A stretch of DNA of 64,000 bases from Geosiphon pyriformis uo1 (taxonomy: Eukaryota; Fungi; Glomeromycota). The notes under the pieces are model-generated. The model had not been told where the DNA came from. It ran no database searches and saw nothing but the letters and a program-made list of their open reading frames with translations. This document shows positions 26,476 through 38,926 of the stretch, piece after piece. The position numbers were made by a program, and so were the translations under genes. The stretch lies in the NCBI GenBank assembly GCA_016748015.1, contig JAAOMT010000197.1, positions 34,388-98,387 on the forward strand. The letters are read 5' to 3'. Position 1 is the first letter of the stretch; the number at the start of each line of letters is the position of its first letter.

Positions 26476-28757
26476 TTTTTTTTTATTATATTTTAACGAG
26501 TGAGACCCAAATACAACTTAAAACTATGATACCACAGAAGAAATTACATTATAGATGTAAATCATGCATTTTCTACACGTAATCAGACACTCGGCCCAAT
26601 CAAAAACTCACTATGCTGAATTAAAAGTAGGTGAGAATAACTCCAACTCATGAATTCTCTTAATGATACTATTCAGATTCCTAGAGTCAAAAATAAACTC
26701 ACTAAGAAACAATCTAGTAGACTTAATATTGCTCCTGGTTTCAGCACCAGATATTTGCCACAAAGCAATAACATGCTCAATAGTGTCCTCACTTAAAAAG
26801 GAAGGTTTAGCAGCCAGCATACCATCATAATTCATATCACCAAAGTTAACCTCAGATCTAAGACAAGTAATGTTCTTGGAAACCCCAACCATGAGATTAG
26901 AAAAATTGTTAGCAGCACTTTTCATGGAAATGATATCTTTCTTGACCTGAACAGCCTTAGCAGCATTATCATCAAGAAGACAAGACACCAAAGCAACCAA
27001 AGAACCAACAGGCTCAACAATAGACTTAATCAGAGCAGCCAAATCTGAAATCTGCTTTTCCAAAGAGTTCAACCTGGAACTAACAGCAGGATCAGCAGCA
27101 GAAGCACCCAAAGAAGCCACTAAAGAAGGAAACTTAGAAAGACCAGAAGGAGCAGCAGTCTTGGCATATGAAGCAGAACCCACAAAACAAGACTTGAAAA
27201 CCTTGGGAATCTTGGAAGTAGAAGGTAGAGAAATCTTGCAATCTGTGGCCAGATGGCCCATTTTTTGACATCTAAAGCAGCGCCGGCAGCCAGGAGTTTC
27301 CCACCAGATATGGCATTTCCTTAAAATACCAGTTTTGACTACAACAGAATCCAAATTGCCTTGAGAGTCAAATATAACCAAAGCAAACCGGAAATAATGA
27401 CCAAAATTAGGAGAATGAGGGATGAAACATGTTTAACCACCAATCTGAGAAATCATATTACTGATTTCAAAGGTGGTACAGCCAGAAAAAAGATTGACCA
27501 ATTTGGTTTTAAACTTATCATGAGACAAAATAGTCTCATTTTGATTCACCAGAGGGAGGATTCTAACACTATCCTTGTCCACCAAGACTGACCAATGCTT
27601 CAAGGCAGACACAGCAGAGTCCAACTTTTCAAAATAAACTACCACATACTGCCAAATACCAGCAGACTTTAGCACAATACAAGTGACACTACCAAACATA
27701 TTGAGAGCCAACTTAATGTCAATAACAAACACACCCAAAGACACATCACGCAGCACAACAGCAGCAGGAGAGGAACCAGATTCAGAAACCACCAAAAACT
27801 TGGCAATTTTGAGAGTGGCCAAATGAATAGAGCTTGTAAGCTCAACCAGAAACTCAGCTTCCAAAGACTGTTGAGAAGCAAAATCTATACAGAAAAGCTT
27901 CACATTGTCTTTTGAAACAGATTTAGCACCCAAGAAACCATGCACAGACTGAAAAACAGTCTTAACATGAGCCAATTTAATCTTAAAAGTAGCATCAGGC
28001 ACTAGAGTGGAGGCCACCCACCCAGCAAACCTTTAATGACTAGTAATAGTTTCTCAAGCACCACCAGAAATAGTACCAAAAACTAGAGGAGAAGATGATT
28101 CAGTTTCCATTTGATCAGCCCAGTTTCCAAGAACAGGTGACCCAACAAGAAGAGATTGTTTTGCTTCTAAAACCAGCAAAGATCTGCCAGAAGACACCAC
28201 ATTTGGCAACACAGCCAGTGGTTGATCTTGGCCCATCTTGGATGACGTGCCGGATGATACTACAGAGATCTCATCTAAGATCTTATTGGGAACCACAAAG
28301 GGGTTCGGTGTAACAATAGCAGAGACAAGCAACTGCTCCCACTTTTCTGAACTTTTGGTCTTTTTAACCATTTTTTTTGAAGAGGTGGTGCCAGAAGCAC
28401 CAGGTGTTAAATATATAGAGGGGAAGACCAGCTTATTTACTGGTCTATTATTAAAAACTTTTGGGCTCTTAGTTGGGGTGGAGGCAACATTGGGACTAAC
28501 CCAAGTGTGTCTCTTTAAGGGAATTTTGACTGGTAAAAAACCAGCCAAAGATAAGGAAGTTGATTTAGTGACTACCAAAGGCAGCTTTTTACGATTACTG
28601 GGTAAAGGGAAGGCTTCTAAAATGTTTTGCCTAGTTGCTTTTACAACAAAGAGAGCTCCTCTGGTTGAAATTTTATTAAATATCTCAGAACAGATATCCA
28701 GTGCAGCTATTTTACTCTTTGTTCTGGTCGTGATCATAAAATTAAGGAGACAAAGAG
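26476..28757 (-). mobile_element. ORF1-only non-autonomous retroposon (half-LINE/HAL1-like, copy B), ~2.3 kb
   Basis: Starts with CTCTTT like full LINE 5' ends, then a short UTR and a single ORF1-type frame. The LINE family 3' tail (GAGTG...GTGTAGAAAATGCATG...CTCACTCGTTAAAA) and poly(A) follow directly. No ORF2. TSD not confidently resolved. Confidence 0.8.
26611..28737 (-). pseudogene. ORF1-like protein of element B (~708 codons; RRM-like, CCHC knuckle, coiled coil)
   Basis: Track ORFs 28054..28737, 27433..28017 and 26611..27381 are all in the same frame, separated only by point stops. Motifs VVLRDVSLG...FGSV...GIWQYVVVYFE, CFRCQKMGHLATDC, SRLNSLEKQISDL. Confidence 0.85.
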
Positions 28758-29382
28758 TTTAAGATTTATTAAATTATAAATTATTTTTAATAAAATCATG
28801 TGTTTTTTTGTTAATAAAACTTTGTTAAAGACTTAATATTACAGTTTTAATATTATAAAAAGTGTTAAGTTTTTTTATATTTTTAAATTAAATAAAAATA
28901 AAATAGTAAAAAATATTTGTATTTAGAATATTATTATTTAATATATAAAAACATTTAGTAACAATAAATACTATATTATTAAAAATAATAAATTAATTAT
29001 AAAATCAGATTTAATTAATAATAAAATTAATAAAATTATAAAAAATTAAACAAAAAAACAAATAAAAATTCTATATAATAATATTTTTAATAAAGTTTTT
29101 TTGAATATATTAATAATAAAATATTTAATAAAATAAAAAAAAATAAAATAAAAAAATTTATTGGTTAATATTAATTATTTTTTAATAATAAAATTATAAA
29201 TTTGTTTAATATTTTAAATAAATTGTAAAAATATTATAATTAAATTATTATTAAATTTATTAAATATTTATTTATTTAATAATATGTTTTTAATGCTTAA
29301 AAAAAACTTAAATATTAATAATTTTCAAATAATATAAATAAAAAAATATTTAACTAATAATTATTTTAAAAAAAGAAAAAAG

Positions 29383-32300
29383 TTTTTTCTTTTTAATATT
29401 TTAAATTCTTCAAAAAAGCATAATTTTAATAAAGAGTGCATGATAGTTTGGATCAAGAGGAGGTTTTTTTGTCTTTTATGTGATGCATTTTTTATGATCC
29501 TTTTTTGTGTGAAGTTAAGAGACAGGAGAGTATGTGTAGATATAAGTTGAATTCTCATTTTATTTCCAAGACCAGTTATGCTGAATCTCAAACTGAATTG
29601 TCTTCCTTTTTTGCTGCTGGTGCTTTTGTCAATGACACTATCTGGATTGGCTGCAGTTAAAATACAACACAGCACATCCTCAATATTGCTTGTAAGTTTT
29701 TTTAGATCAATAACATTTCAATTAATAATGACAAAACTGTGGCCATTCTTATCAACTGCAAAGTTGTGAGGCCTTCTTTGAATATTAATAACTCACCTAT
29801 TTCTATTACAAAAAAAGGAGAATCTTATCACTATTTGGGCATCTTTTTGTTTTCTGAGAGTTTGTCAAAGCCTAGCTTGGCTAAGGTTCATTTGAATGTC
29901 CAGTTTTTTACCAATCTGGTTTTAAGAAAAGCTATTTCTGATAAGCAGTTTATATACTTGGTATCTGTAGTTTTTCACTTTATTATTAATTATAAAACTC
30001 AATTTAATTTCATTCCTATTGGCATGTGTAATAAATGAGACACTCTGATTCATAAGGGTTTGAAATCCAAATCTGGTTTACTGCTTGATTTCCCCAATAA
30101 TACTATTTATTACTTTTTTCTGTATAATTTAAAAATATTTGAACAAATTCAAGCTGAGTGCAAATTGGCTGCTGTTGTTTTCTTTGTGAACTCTGTTGGT
30201 ATTTTGGATTGGCTGTTTTTCTACAGATCTTATGACCTGCAAGTTCTTAGTTGATGTCTACTCTATCCTTTGTGGTTTCCAGTTTATATTAATGTTAACT
30301 CTCTGAATAATTTTTTGGCAGGTGTGGTTCGTATTTTTTCAGGATGTGAACTATCTTTGGATGACCTTATGGCTAATGTTTTTTGTTTTTAGGATGGGAT
30401 TCCTATGTTACTTGTTCTTGGTAAATCAAATTATTTTAAACATCTTTCTTTACTTTAGCATTATGGGATTGTCTTTATAGACCAGCTTCACAACCATAAT
30501 AGCACTGTGTTTGATTAGAAGACCTTTAAGCAGTGGAAGTGGTTGGACTTTTATGGCTCAGTTTCTGTTTGGTTTGAGATTTTTGTTTGTTTTCTTTGTG
30601 GTGTTGTTTCTTTTTTTGTCTGCTTTCCATCTCTGGGCAGCTGCAATTCTTTGAACATCCTTAAGTTTTGTGAGTTTGAGGCTGTTTGTGACAGCCTTTT
30701 GGGTGCTAAAGCTAATCAACTTTCTGTCATATGGATAGATCTCTATGTGGTTTAGGGACTTTAAACATGAAGACTGGTGCTGCTGCTTTTTTCGAGAATG
30801 TTAATTTAGGTTTAAGTGTTGCAGTTTCTGGTTTAATGTCTTTTATTATAATAGAGTTGTAAGTTATTGTATTGGCTCTTGAGTGTATTTCTTTATCTTG
30901 TTCAGTCAACCTATACTTGAATAGCCAAGCTGTTTTAGATAGTTGCAGGTTGGAATTGGGTTTGGCTTGTCCAGATTTCAGGAATTGTTGTTGGATTAAG
31001 TGTTGCCACATTGTGAATGTTATCTAATGTAAAAATTTAGATGTCTATTGGCACAAGATTAGAAGTCACTTAGGTGTTTTAAGTAATAAACATGCTGATA
31101 CATTTGTCAAAGCTGCCACTCTTTCTAGTTGGCACCTTTCACATTCAGTCAATAAGCATTATATCAAAACTGGTGATGATATTGTTTTTGGCAATTCTAG
31201 ACATTTTGTTTGTGGGGTCTTTCAGTCTGTTTATTGTATGTGTTGGGAGGTTGGCTCTGGTTTTCAAGTTGTGTTGGATAGTTTACATGCAAATGTTAAT
31301 TGGTTTAAATTATTTTTGGTGTGGCATCCTAATTTTCACATGGCTGCTGAGTTTACTAGCAAATATTCTATTGAGTTTCATACATATTTTATAAAAGCTT
31401 TATATTATTGGCTATCTGTTATAATACATAAGCAGTTATATGACAAGTACTATTCCAATGTGGTGTATTTATTCTGTGGTAAAGTGGAAGTCTCTAACCA
31501 TGCTTTTTCTTGTACTCTTAATGTTATTAGTTGTGCTTAATTGTTAGACACTTATGTAAATGCTTGAAGAGTCTTTTCTGGTCTCTTTCATTTTTTTTCT
31601 TGTGTTTTGCAGTTGCTGTTTACTTGTGTTTTTGATATAGTAATTAGCACAGCTCTGTATAAGAGCTTTGTTTTTAATAATTGGTATTGTGAATCTGTTT
31701 TTGTTTTTAAGGATCCCAAAATAACAGATCGGAATATTGTAGATTTTGTGCACAGATTTTGCTTAGTGTTCCGAATCAAAATTTGGTTGATTTATGCCAA
31801 ACACAGAGCTTTTATGAAGAAAAATGGGCTGATTTCACATAATAGATTCATTCCTGTTTTAGTCTTTGGGCTTTTGTCAGCATTTTTGACTGGTGTGGTT
31901 AAATTATTGGGTATAGCTGAGGCCATTAAAGTTGGTTTTGGTCTTTATAAATCCTGCTTGTTTTTCTTGGATATAGAGGACATGACTTCTGTTTATATAA
32001 GTGTTTAGTGTTATTCTGATTGGTTTGAATGGCTGGTTACATGTAGAAAATACATGATTCACACCTAGTTTAAATCAATTGTATGATGTATTGTATTAGG
32101 CAATGTTTGGATCTTACTTATTAAACATAAAAAAAAAAAAATTTTAATAAAAAAGTTTTTTGTTTTTTTTGTTGTTTATTGTCAATATTTTTAAATTCAA
32201 TAAACCTTTTGTTATAAACTTAGAAGCTGTTTTAAGTGGTAATATATCTAAGAAAAAGGTATTTAAAAAAATTTTTTATGATTTAATTAATGGTTTTTTT

Positions 32301-35300
32301 CTCAAAGAAAAAAGTTGTTTTTAATAATATTAAATACTTAAGTAATAAAAAAAACATATTATTGGTCAAGTCAGATCTCAGTAATATATTTAGATTTGAA
32401 TAGTGGGTTTAGTAGTAGTAAAAATAATTTTATTATAGAAGATATTAATAGTAGATCTTTTTTAGACTTAACAACAATTATTTTTAAAACCAATAGAATT
32501 AGTATTAATATAATTTATAGTGTTTTTCTTGGTTTTTTCAACTTTAACATAAAAAAAAAAGTCGAACTCTTTTTACTTCTTTTTAATATATTTTTAAGAT
32601 TGTTAAAACTCAAATAGAAATGGTCATTAAAAAATTTTTTGTCTTAAATATTAATCTATTAACAGTAAAAAACAAATTAGCAATGACAAAACTTAAACAA
32701 TCAGAAAAATTTTTTCAATCATTAATAATTTTGGAAAGACCACTACTTTTTCAAAAATTGAAAAGATAATCAGATCTATATTTACATTAAAAGAAAGCAT
32801 GAATAAAGCTATATTATTGGCTTAGAAAAAAGAGATTATTATAAATGATAATATTAAAAAACAAAGAATTAAATCAAATTGAACTGTAGTCATTAAAGAA
32901 ATTTTTATGAATATGCCAAAAGAAATAATTATTACTATTGTATTCAAGTATAATTAAATTAGATCTATTAAATTACAACTTATTAAGTTATGATAGAAAG
33001 CTGTAGTGAAATTTGTTAAATCAAGTTAAGCTAATCAATTGGCATCTAAGTAGTTATTTTTAATTAGTAAAAACTCAGTACATATGACAAAAACTATAAG
33101 AGATTAAGATGTTTAGATATCTAAGGATTATTTTAGGATGTTTTTGTTTACTTTGCTTATAAGTATAATTGTATATGATCTTGGCACTTTTTTAAAAAAG
33201 ACTAATAGAAAAACTTGTATTATTAATTGGTTAATTAAAACTGGCAATAAGATTTGCTGTGTTGTAGTTGGCTTTAAATCAGAAAAAGAACTTGAATTTG
33301 CTTTCTATATAAAGCCAATTTTTAGTAATATAAAATTTTTTTAAGCTAGAATAAATTTGGCTCAATATAAGAAATATGAGCATTTTGGATATTTTGCTTT
33401 AAAATGTGATATATCTGGTGTTTCTGTTTTTCTGTTTTCCAAAATTTTTAAAAGATTTGTTTCAAATAAAAATTATCTTTAGTTTGCTAAATTATACACC
33501 AAGAAAAGTGTTCTTATTTCTTATTCTGATAATTTTGATGGCAAATTATAAATTCAAATAGTTTTAATAGCTTCTGTTTCTAATAATGCTTTTTTAAGTT
33601 TTGGTTTAGGGTCTTTTTTTTAGGCATTCCACTTTTAAATAAAGGTTTTTTTGCACTATAAGATAATTTTTCTATTGGCAATTAGTTGGCTTTTTTGAAA
33701 TATTTTTTAAAGCTCTTAGCTAATCAAATATTTGGTATTGTGCAAAAACTAAGCAATGTAAATTTGGTGCTTCTGATATCTATTCATTAACTTTTATCAC
33801 TAGCTGTTTCTGTATTAGTATTTTCAAAGTTAGATTTAAACATAATTTTAAATAACTTTTTATTGTTGTTTTTCTCTTTTCTTTTAATAACAATAGTTGA
33901 GAGTTTAGTTTTTGGTTTAAATGGTTCAAAGATTTTAACCACTAAAATAAGTAGCTTGAAATCAAAAATAATGGCTCTTAAAGCTTCAGTTAGTTTAGTG
34001 TTAGTAAAGTTGAATTAATTATATACTGACTCAGTTTTTTTTATGAATTTTTTACCTTAATCAGTGATTTTGTCTAAAAAATAGCTATATGTAATATTAA
34101 AGACATAAAAAATATGCCTAAATAAAAAGATATAATCGGATGGCACAATGAATTTGGCAATTGAATTTCTATTATTATTAAGACTAAATTAAAGGGACAG
34201 ATTAAGTCTTAAATTAAAAATAAATTTCAAAATATAAAAGTTTTTGTTTTTGGTTTAGATATTGGTTATGTAAATGCTGGGATGACAATAATATTAAACA
34301 ATATTTTAACTTAATATGTATACAAGATTTCTAAGATTTCTAATCATTTTATTTTAATTTATTTGTTGTTTAAAAACAGAATTTCAGTGACAATTTTGGG
34401 TTTATATGTTAATGCTTTGGCTAATATTGATTTAATCAAGTCTACAAGATAAATTTACTTATTGTTAAAGTGATTAATTTGAGTTTTTATGTTGTGTTAG
34501 ATGGTAACTTTAATAAAGATAGTGTAAAATATAGTGCAAGTTTCAAGAAATATTTTAATTTGAGTTTGTGCAATTTTTTAATAGGTGATTTAGTTGTTAA
34601 AATTTTAATATAAAATAATTCAAAAGATACAAAAAAAACTATTAATTATATTTTGGTTAGTAAACATCTTTTAATGGCAATATTTAAATATAAAGTTAGT
34701 GATGTTTCTGAATTCTTTGATATTAATTATTTAGCTATTATGGTTTCAATTGGCTTGAGTAGCCTGCTAAATGAATACCTGATTGCAATCTATAAACAAG
34801 CCAATAAAGATCAATAGAAGTTTGGCATTAAGAATGCTAATAATTCAAAGTGAACTTAGTTCAAGAAATACTTATTAGAACAGATATTATATGTGTTTGG
34901 TGAGTTTCAAATCACAAAAAAACAAAGTAATTTAAATACTATATGAAAACTTTTAAGATTGATAATAGTTAAATCAGTAGATAAAGTTTTTTACAAAATT
35001 TGGTTCAAAAATTTCTATGATTTTGAGAATAAACAGTCTTCAAAATTCTACAGATTAGAAATTTTAGTTTCAAAGATAGTCAAGATTTTTTTTTGGAAAA
35101 TATTATTAAGTTTGAACGTTTTAATACAATTTGGTTAAGATTAGATATTAGTAATTTTTTTGGGTTGTTGTCTTTTATTAAAAATAGAGCAAAGAGTAAA
35201 AAAATTTTTTTTTTTTTGTTAAAAATTAAGAAAAAATATCAAATATTTAAATATTAAAAATTTAAAGCTATAAAGATAGTTGTAATTAGAAATGCAATTA

Positions 35301-38300
35301 ATAAGAAAATAGAAAACTTTTGTATAAACAAAAGTTATATAATTAGGAGTATTTTAGAAAGACCTTTTTAAAAGGTGGTTTTGAATTATTTGGTGGTTGA
35401 TAAAGATTTAATTTTGAAACCTAAGATAGTAAAAAACAAAGTAAATAAAATAATAAAGAATTGAACTAAAAAGAAACTAGTATTTAAAGTGGTGTCAAAC
35501 CTTTGGTTTCAGCAATTTATGCCTTTAGATTATGTTAAAAATGGAGTGTTTTCTGGAATTATAAGACAAATTAGTTTGGATGAATTGATTTTAACTATGA
35601 AAGATTTATCTAATAACAAGTTACTGGTTTATTTGGCATTTTAAATAAATTGTAAAAGCACTGTAGTTCTGAGATTATGGTTTGTTTCTTAGTCTTGTTG
35701 AATTGTTGTTTAAATATTGACACAGTTCCTATTTTATGAAAGAGAGTTTGAATTTTTATGATTCCAAAGCTTTATAATTGAGATAATATGTTAATTAATA
35801 CTAGATTGATAGTATTAATTAAGATAGCCAGAAAAATTTTGTCAAAAATATTTTTAGATTAAATATCCTTTGTGTACACTAAATTTAATGTTCTTTATAA
35901 GAATAATTTGTTAATGTTAAAGAGTATTTCAACTTAGTTTTTAGTGTTTGTAATTGGCTTAATTGTAAAAAATGCTTTGAAAAAGAATAAGAAGCTATAA
36001 TTGGTTTTGTAAGATATATATAAAGCATATGTTTTAATTGGTTAGCATTATTTAAGAAACAGCCTAAGATATATCAAGATATATAAATAATTTATTAATT
36101 TCTTTGGCAGTATATGCCAAGACAAAATTAACAGGATTATTACTGACTTCAGTTTTTTAAATAATTATCATATATAATAAATTAGACCAGAGTAAAGTTT
36201 TCTTATCTTTTTTTTAGAGAATTTTTTATGACTTTTTTTTGTGTAAAGTTAAGAGACACAAATATTTATGTAATTATTGTATTAACACAAAATTTGTAAC
36301 CAAAACAAGCAAATTGAAAAATACAGAGAGAGAATTTTATTTCTTATGACTGGTGTTTTTGTTGATAATACAATTTAAATAAGGAATAACCAGACTTTAA
36401 CTCAATATATTTTAAATATTGTTAGCAAATTTTTTGATATTAACAATATTTCAATTAATAATAACAAGATAGTGGTTATTTTTATTAACCAGAAAATTAA
36501 GAATACTTTTTTGACTATTAATAGGAATTTTATATTGATTATAAAAAAAAACAAGTCACACTATTACTTAAGAATTTATTTTTTTACTAATGATTTATTT
36601 AAACCTAATTTGGCCAAGACTTATTCAAATGTTAAGTTTTTTGTAAACATGATTTAAAAAAAAACAATTTCAAATAAGCAGTTTTGTTATTTGATTTCTG
36701 CTGTTTTATAGCCAATTATTTGTTATTGTATATAGCTTAATTTATTTTAGTTAATGTTTACCACAAATAAAATTTTTTGATTAGAAAAAATTTGAGATTG
36801 AAAGCTGAATTGCTTAAAAAATTTTTCAATAAAGCTTTATATTATCTACTGCTATACAATCTAAAATTCTTTAAACAGTTACAAGCTAAGAATAAAGTAA
36901 CTTTAACAGTTTTGTTTATTAATTTTAAAAAAATTCTCAGCAAACTTTTTAATCATTAGTTTTTGAATTTGCAAACTTTAAACTAAACTCTATTTAATTT
37001 TTTGCAACATCTAATTAGCTTAAAGATTAATTTTGTAAACAATTTTTTTATTAGAGTAATAAAAGTGTTTTTGAATAATAAGATTTCATTAAAAAACAAC
37101 TTGCTACAAGTTTTTTACAGTCTAAACAAGTTTTTAATATCTAATAATATTTTAGATTTGAATGATTTTGGGTCAATCAGAGATTTTCTACATAGAGTTT
37201 AGGCTGATACTTTTAATGTTTACATTGATAACTTGCTTAAAAAATTGAATACACCAAAGATGACTAGTAAAACAGCTATTTATTTCTTAAATGTAAATAC
37301 AAATATTGGTATTAGGATTTCCAATATAGTATTTTTTATAATAATTAAGCTATATGCTATTGTTTTAGCTTTAGAATGTATGTTTTTTTCTAATACTGTA
37401 GTTTTGTATTTAAACAGTTAGACAGTTATTAATATATGTAATTTAGAACTTGGTTTATTTAGACTAGACTTTTATAACCAATATTAAATAGAAAAGTGTT
37501 ATGTTAACAATCTAATAAAAAACAAAGATTTGAAGATAATTTGGTCAAAGATTAAGAGTTATTTAGGTGTGTTTAATAATAATTGCACTAATAAGCTGAC
37601 TGAGATTGTCACTTATTTTCTTATGTTTTTTTTTATTAATATTTTAAAGTGATATTTGGTAGCTAATAGTTTGACAATATCTTATAATACATGTCATTTT
37701 ATTTAGAATATTTATAAAGTAATTCTTAATGTGTATTAAGAAGTAAGTTTTGGTTCCAGAATTATTAATAAGTTTTTTATTTGTAATATTAATTGAATTC
37801 AAATAGCTAAGATTTGACACTTCAACTTGTATATGCTTGTTAATGTTATTAGCAGGTCTACAGACAATCTTAAAACTTATATAATAAAAACTGTTTATAA
37901 AAGACTTTTTGTTGCTATATATAAAAAGTTATATAACAAGTTTTATCTAAATGTTTTGTGAAAAAATAGAATTTTCAGATCATTTATTCATGTATTTAAG
38001 AAATATAGACTGATAAAAGAAGTTGATTTTGGATTATATTGAGTTTTGGTTATTTTTGGTTGATAAGAAGGTGCTTGTGTCTTCTTTTATATTGCAGTTT
38101 TTGTTTTTTTGTCTTTTAAATATTAGATTGTATATAATGTTTTGCAAAAAGTTTATTCTCAAGTTTTGGCTTAAGAATATTTTGACAATATATAACAATA
38201 GAAAGAAAACTGTTTTTGCACTGGTAAATTTTTTTTATTAACTGGTTAATTTTTATTGTTATAAGATATAGTATGTTAAAGTAAAACATAGATCAAAGAC

Positions 38301-38625
38301 AAAAAAAACTAAATTAGTGAATAATATCAATATAATGCTCATATTAACTAGTAATTTGTGTACAAGTTTGTTAAATAAAATAGTTTATATGCTTGGCATA
38401 ATTGAGTTTATAACAGTGAGTTTTAATAGGTGTTTGCCATATGTTTTTTTTTCTGGAATTAATAATAATCTAATAATTTATATAAATACATAGTGTTGTC
38501 TAAATTAGTTTAAATAACTGGTTACATATAGTAAATATATAAGTTGTATTTAGTTAAGGTTACTTAATTTAATTCTATATACTAAATAATGATTAAACTA
38601 TATTTGTTAATTAAATAAATAAAAA
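29383..38625 (+). mobile_element. Older, heavily eroded full-length LINE (copy D), interrupted in its 5' UTR by copy C
   Basis: Joining 29383-29433 to 32152 onward reproduces the 5' UTR of copy G. ORF1 lies at ~32210-34060, ORF2 at ~34060-38493 and an eroded 3' tail at ~38494-38620. Confidence 0.8.
29434..32139 (+). mobile_element. 5'-truncated LINE (copy C; RT C-terminal half, RNase H, ZnF, 3' tail, poly A)
   Basis: Begins within RT (RVHDSLDQEEVF). 12-bp TSD AATTTTAATAAA (29422-29433 / 32140-32151). Confidence 0.88.
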
Positions 38626-38926
38626 TTATTTTATTGCTTTAATTAAAATAACAAAAAATATTTTTTAAAATTTATTTAAATTATATTTTTAATGTATATA
38701 ATAAGTTTATATTTTATATAAAAACAATTTTTTTGTTTTAAAAAACATATTTATATGTTTTTCTATTTTTGTTATTAAATTTGTAAAAAAAATTTAAAAA
38801 ACTCTTTCTTTCGTTAATCCCTTGATCATAATGAGAGCATTGAGTCATCACTGAAATAGCCTTTCTTTTTCCTTTTTCTTTCAACTTTCTCCAGTTATTT
38901 CTTTAGACATTCCCCTTTTTGTAGCT

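Noticed and set aside
26540-26600. CTGATTA...GAAA in the 3' tail of element B resembling a hammerhead ribozyme core
   Set aside because: The CUGANGA core is not matched and is not conserved in the other six tails.
28238-28762. 174-aa plus-strand ORF opposite element B ORF1, and similar antisense ORFs across the LINEs
   Set aside because: Antisense shadows of TE coding sequence with no motifs.
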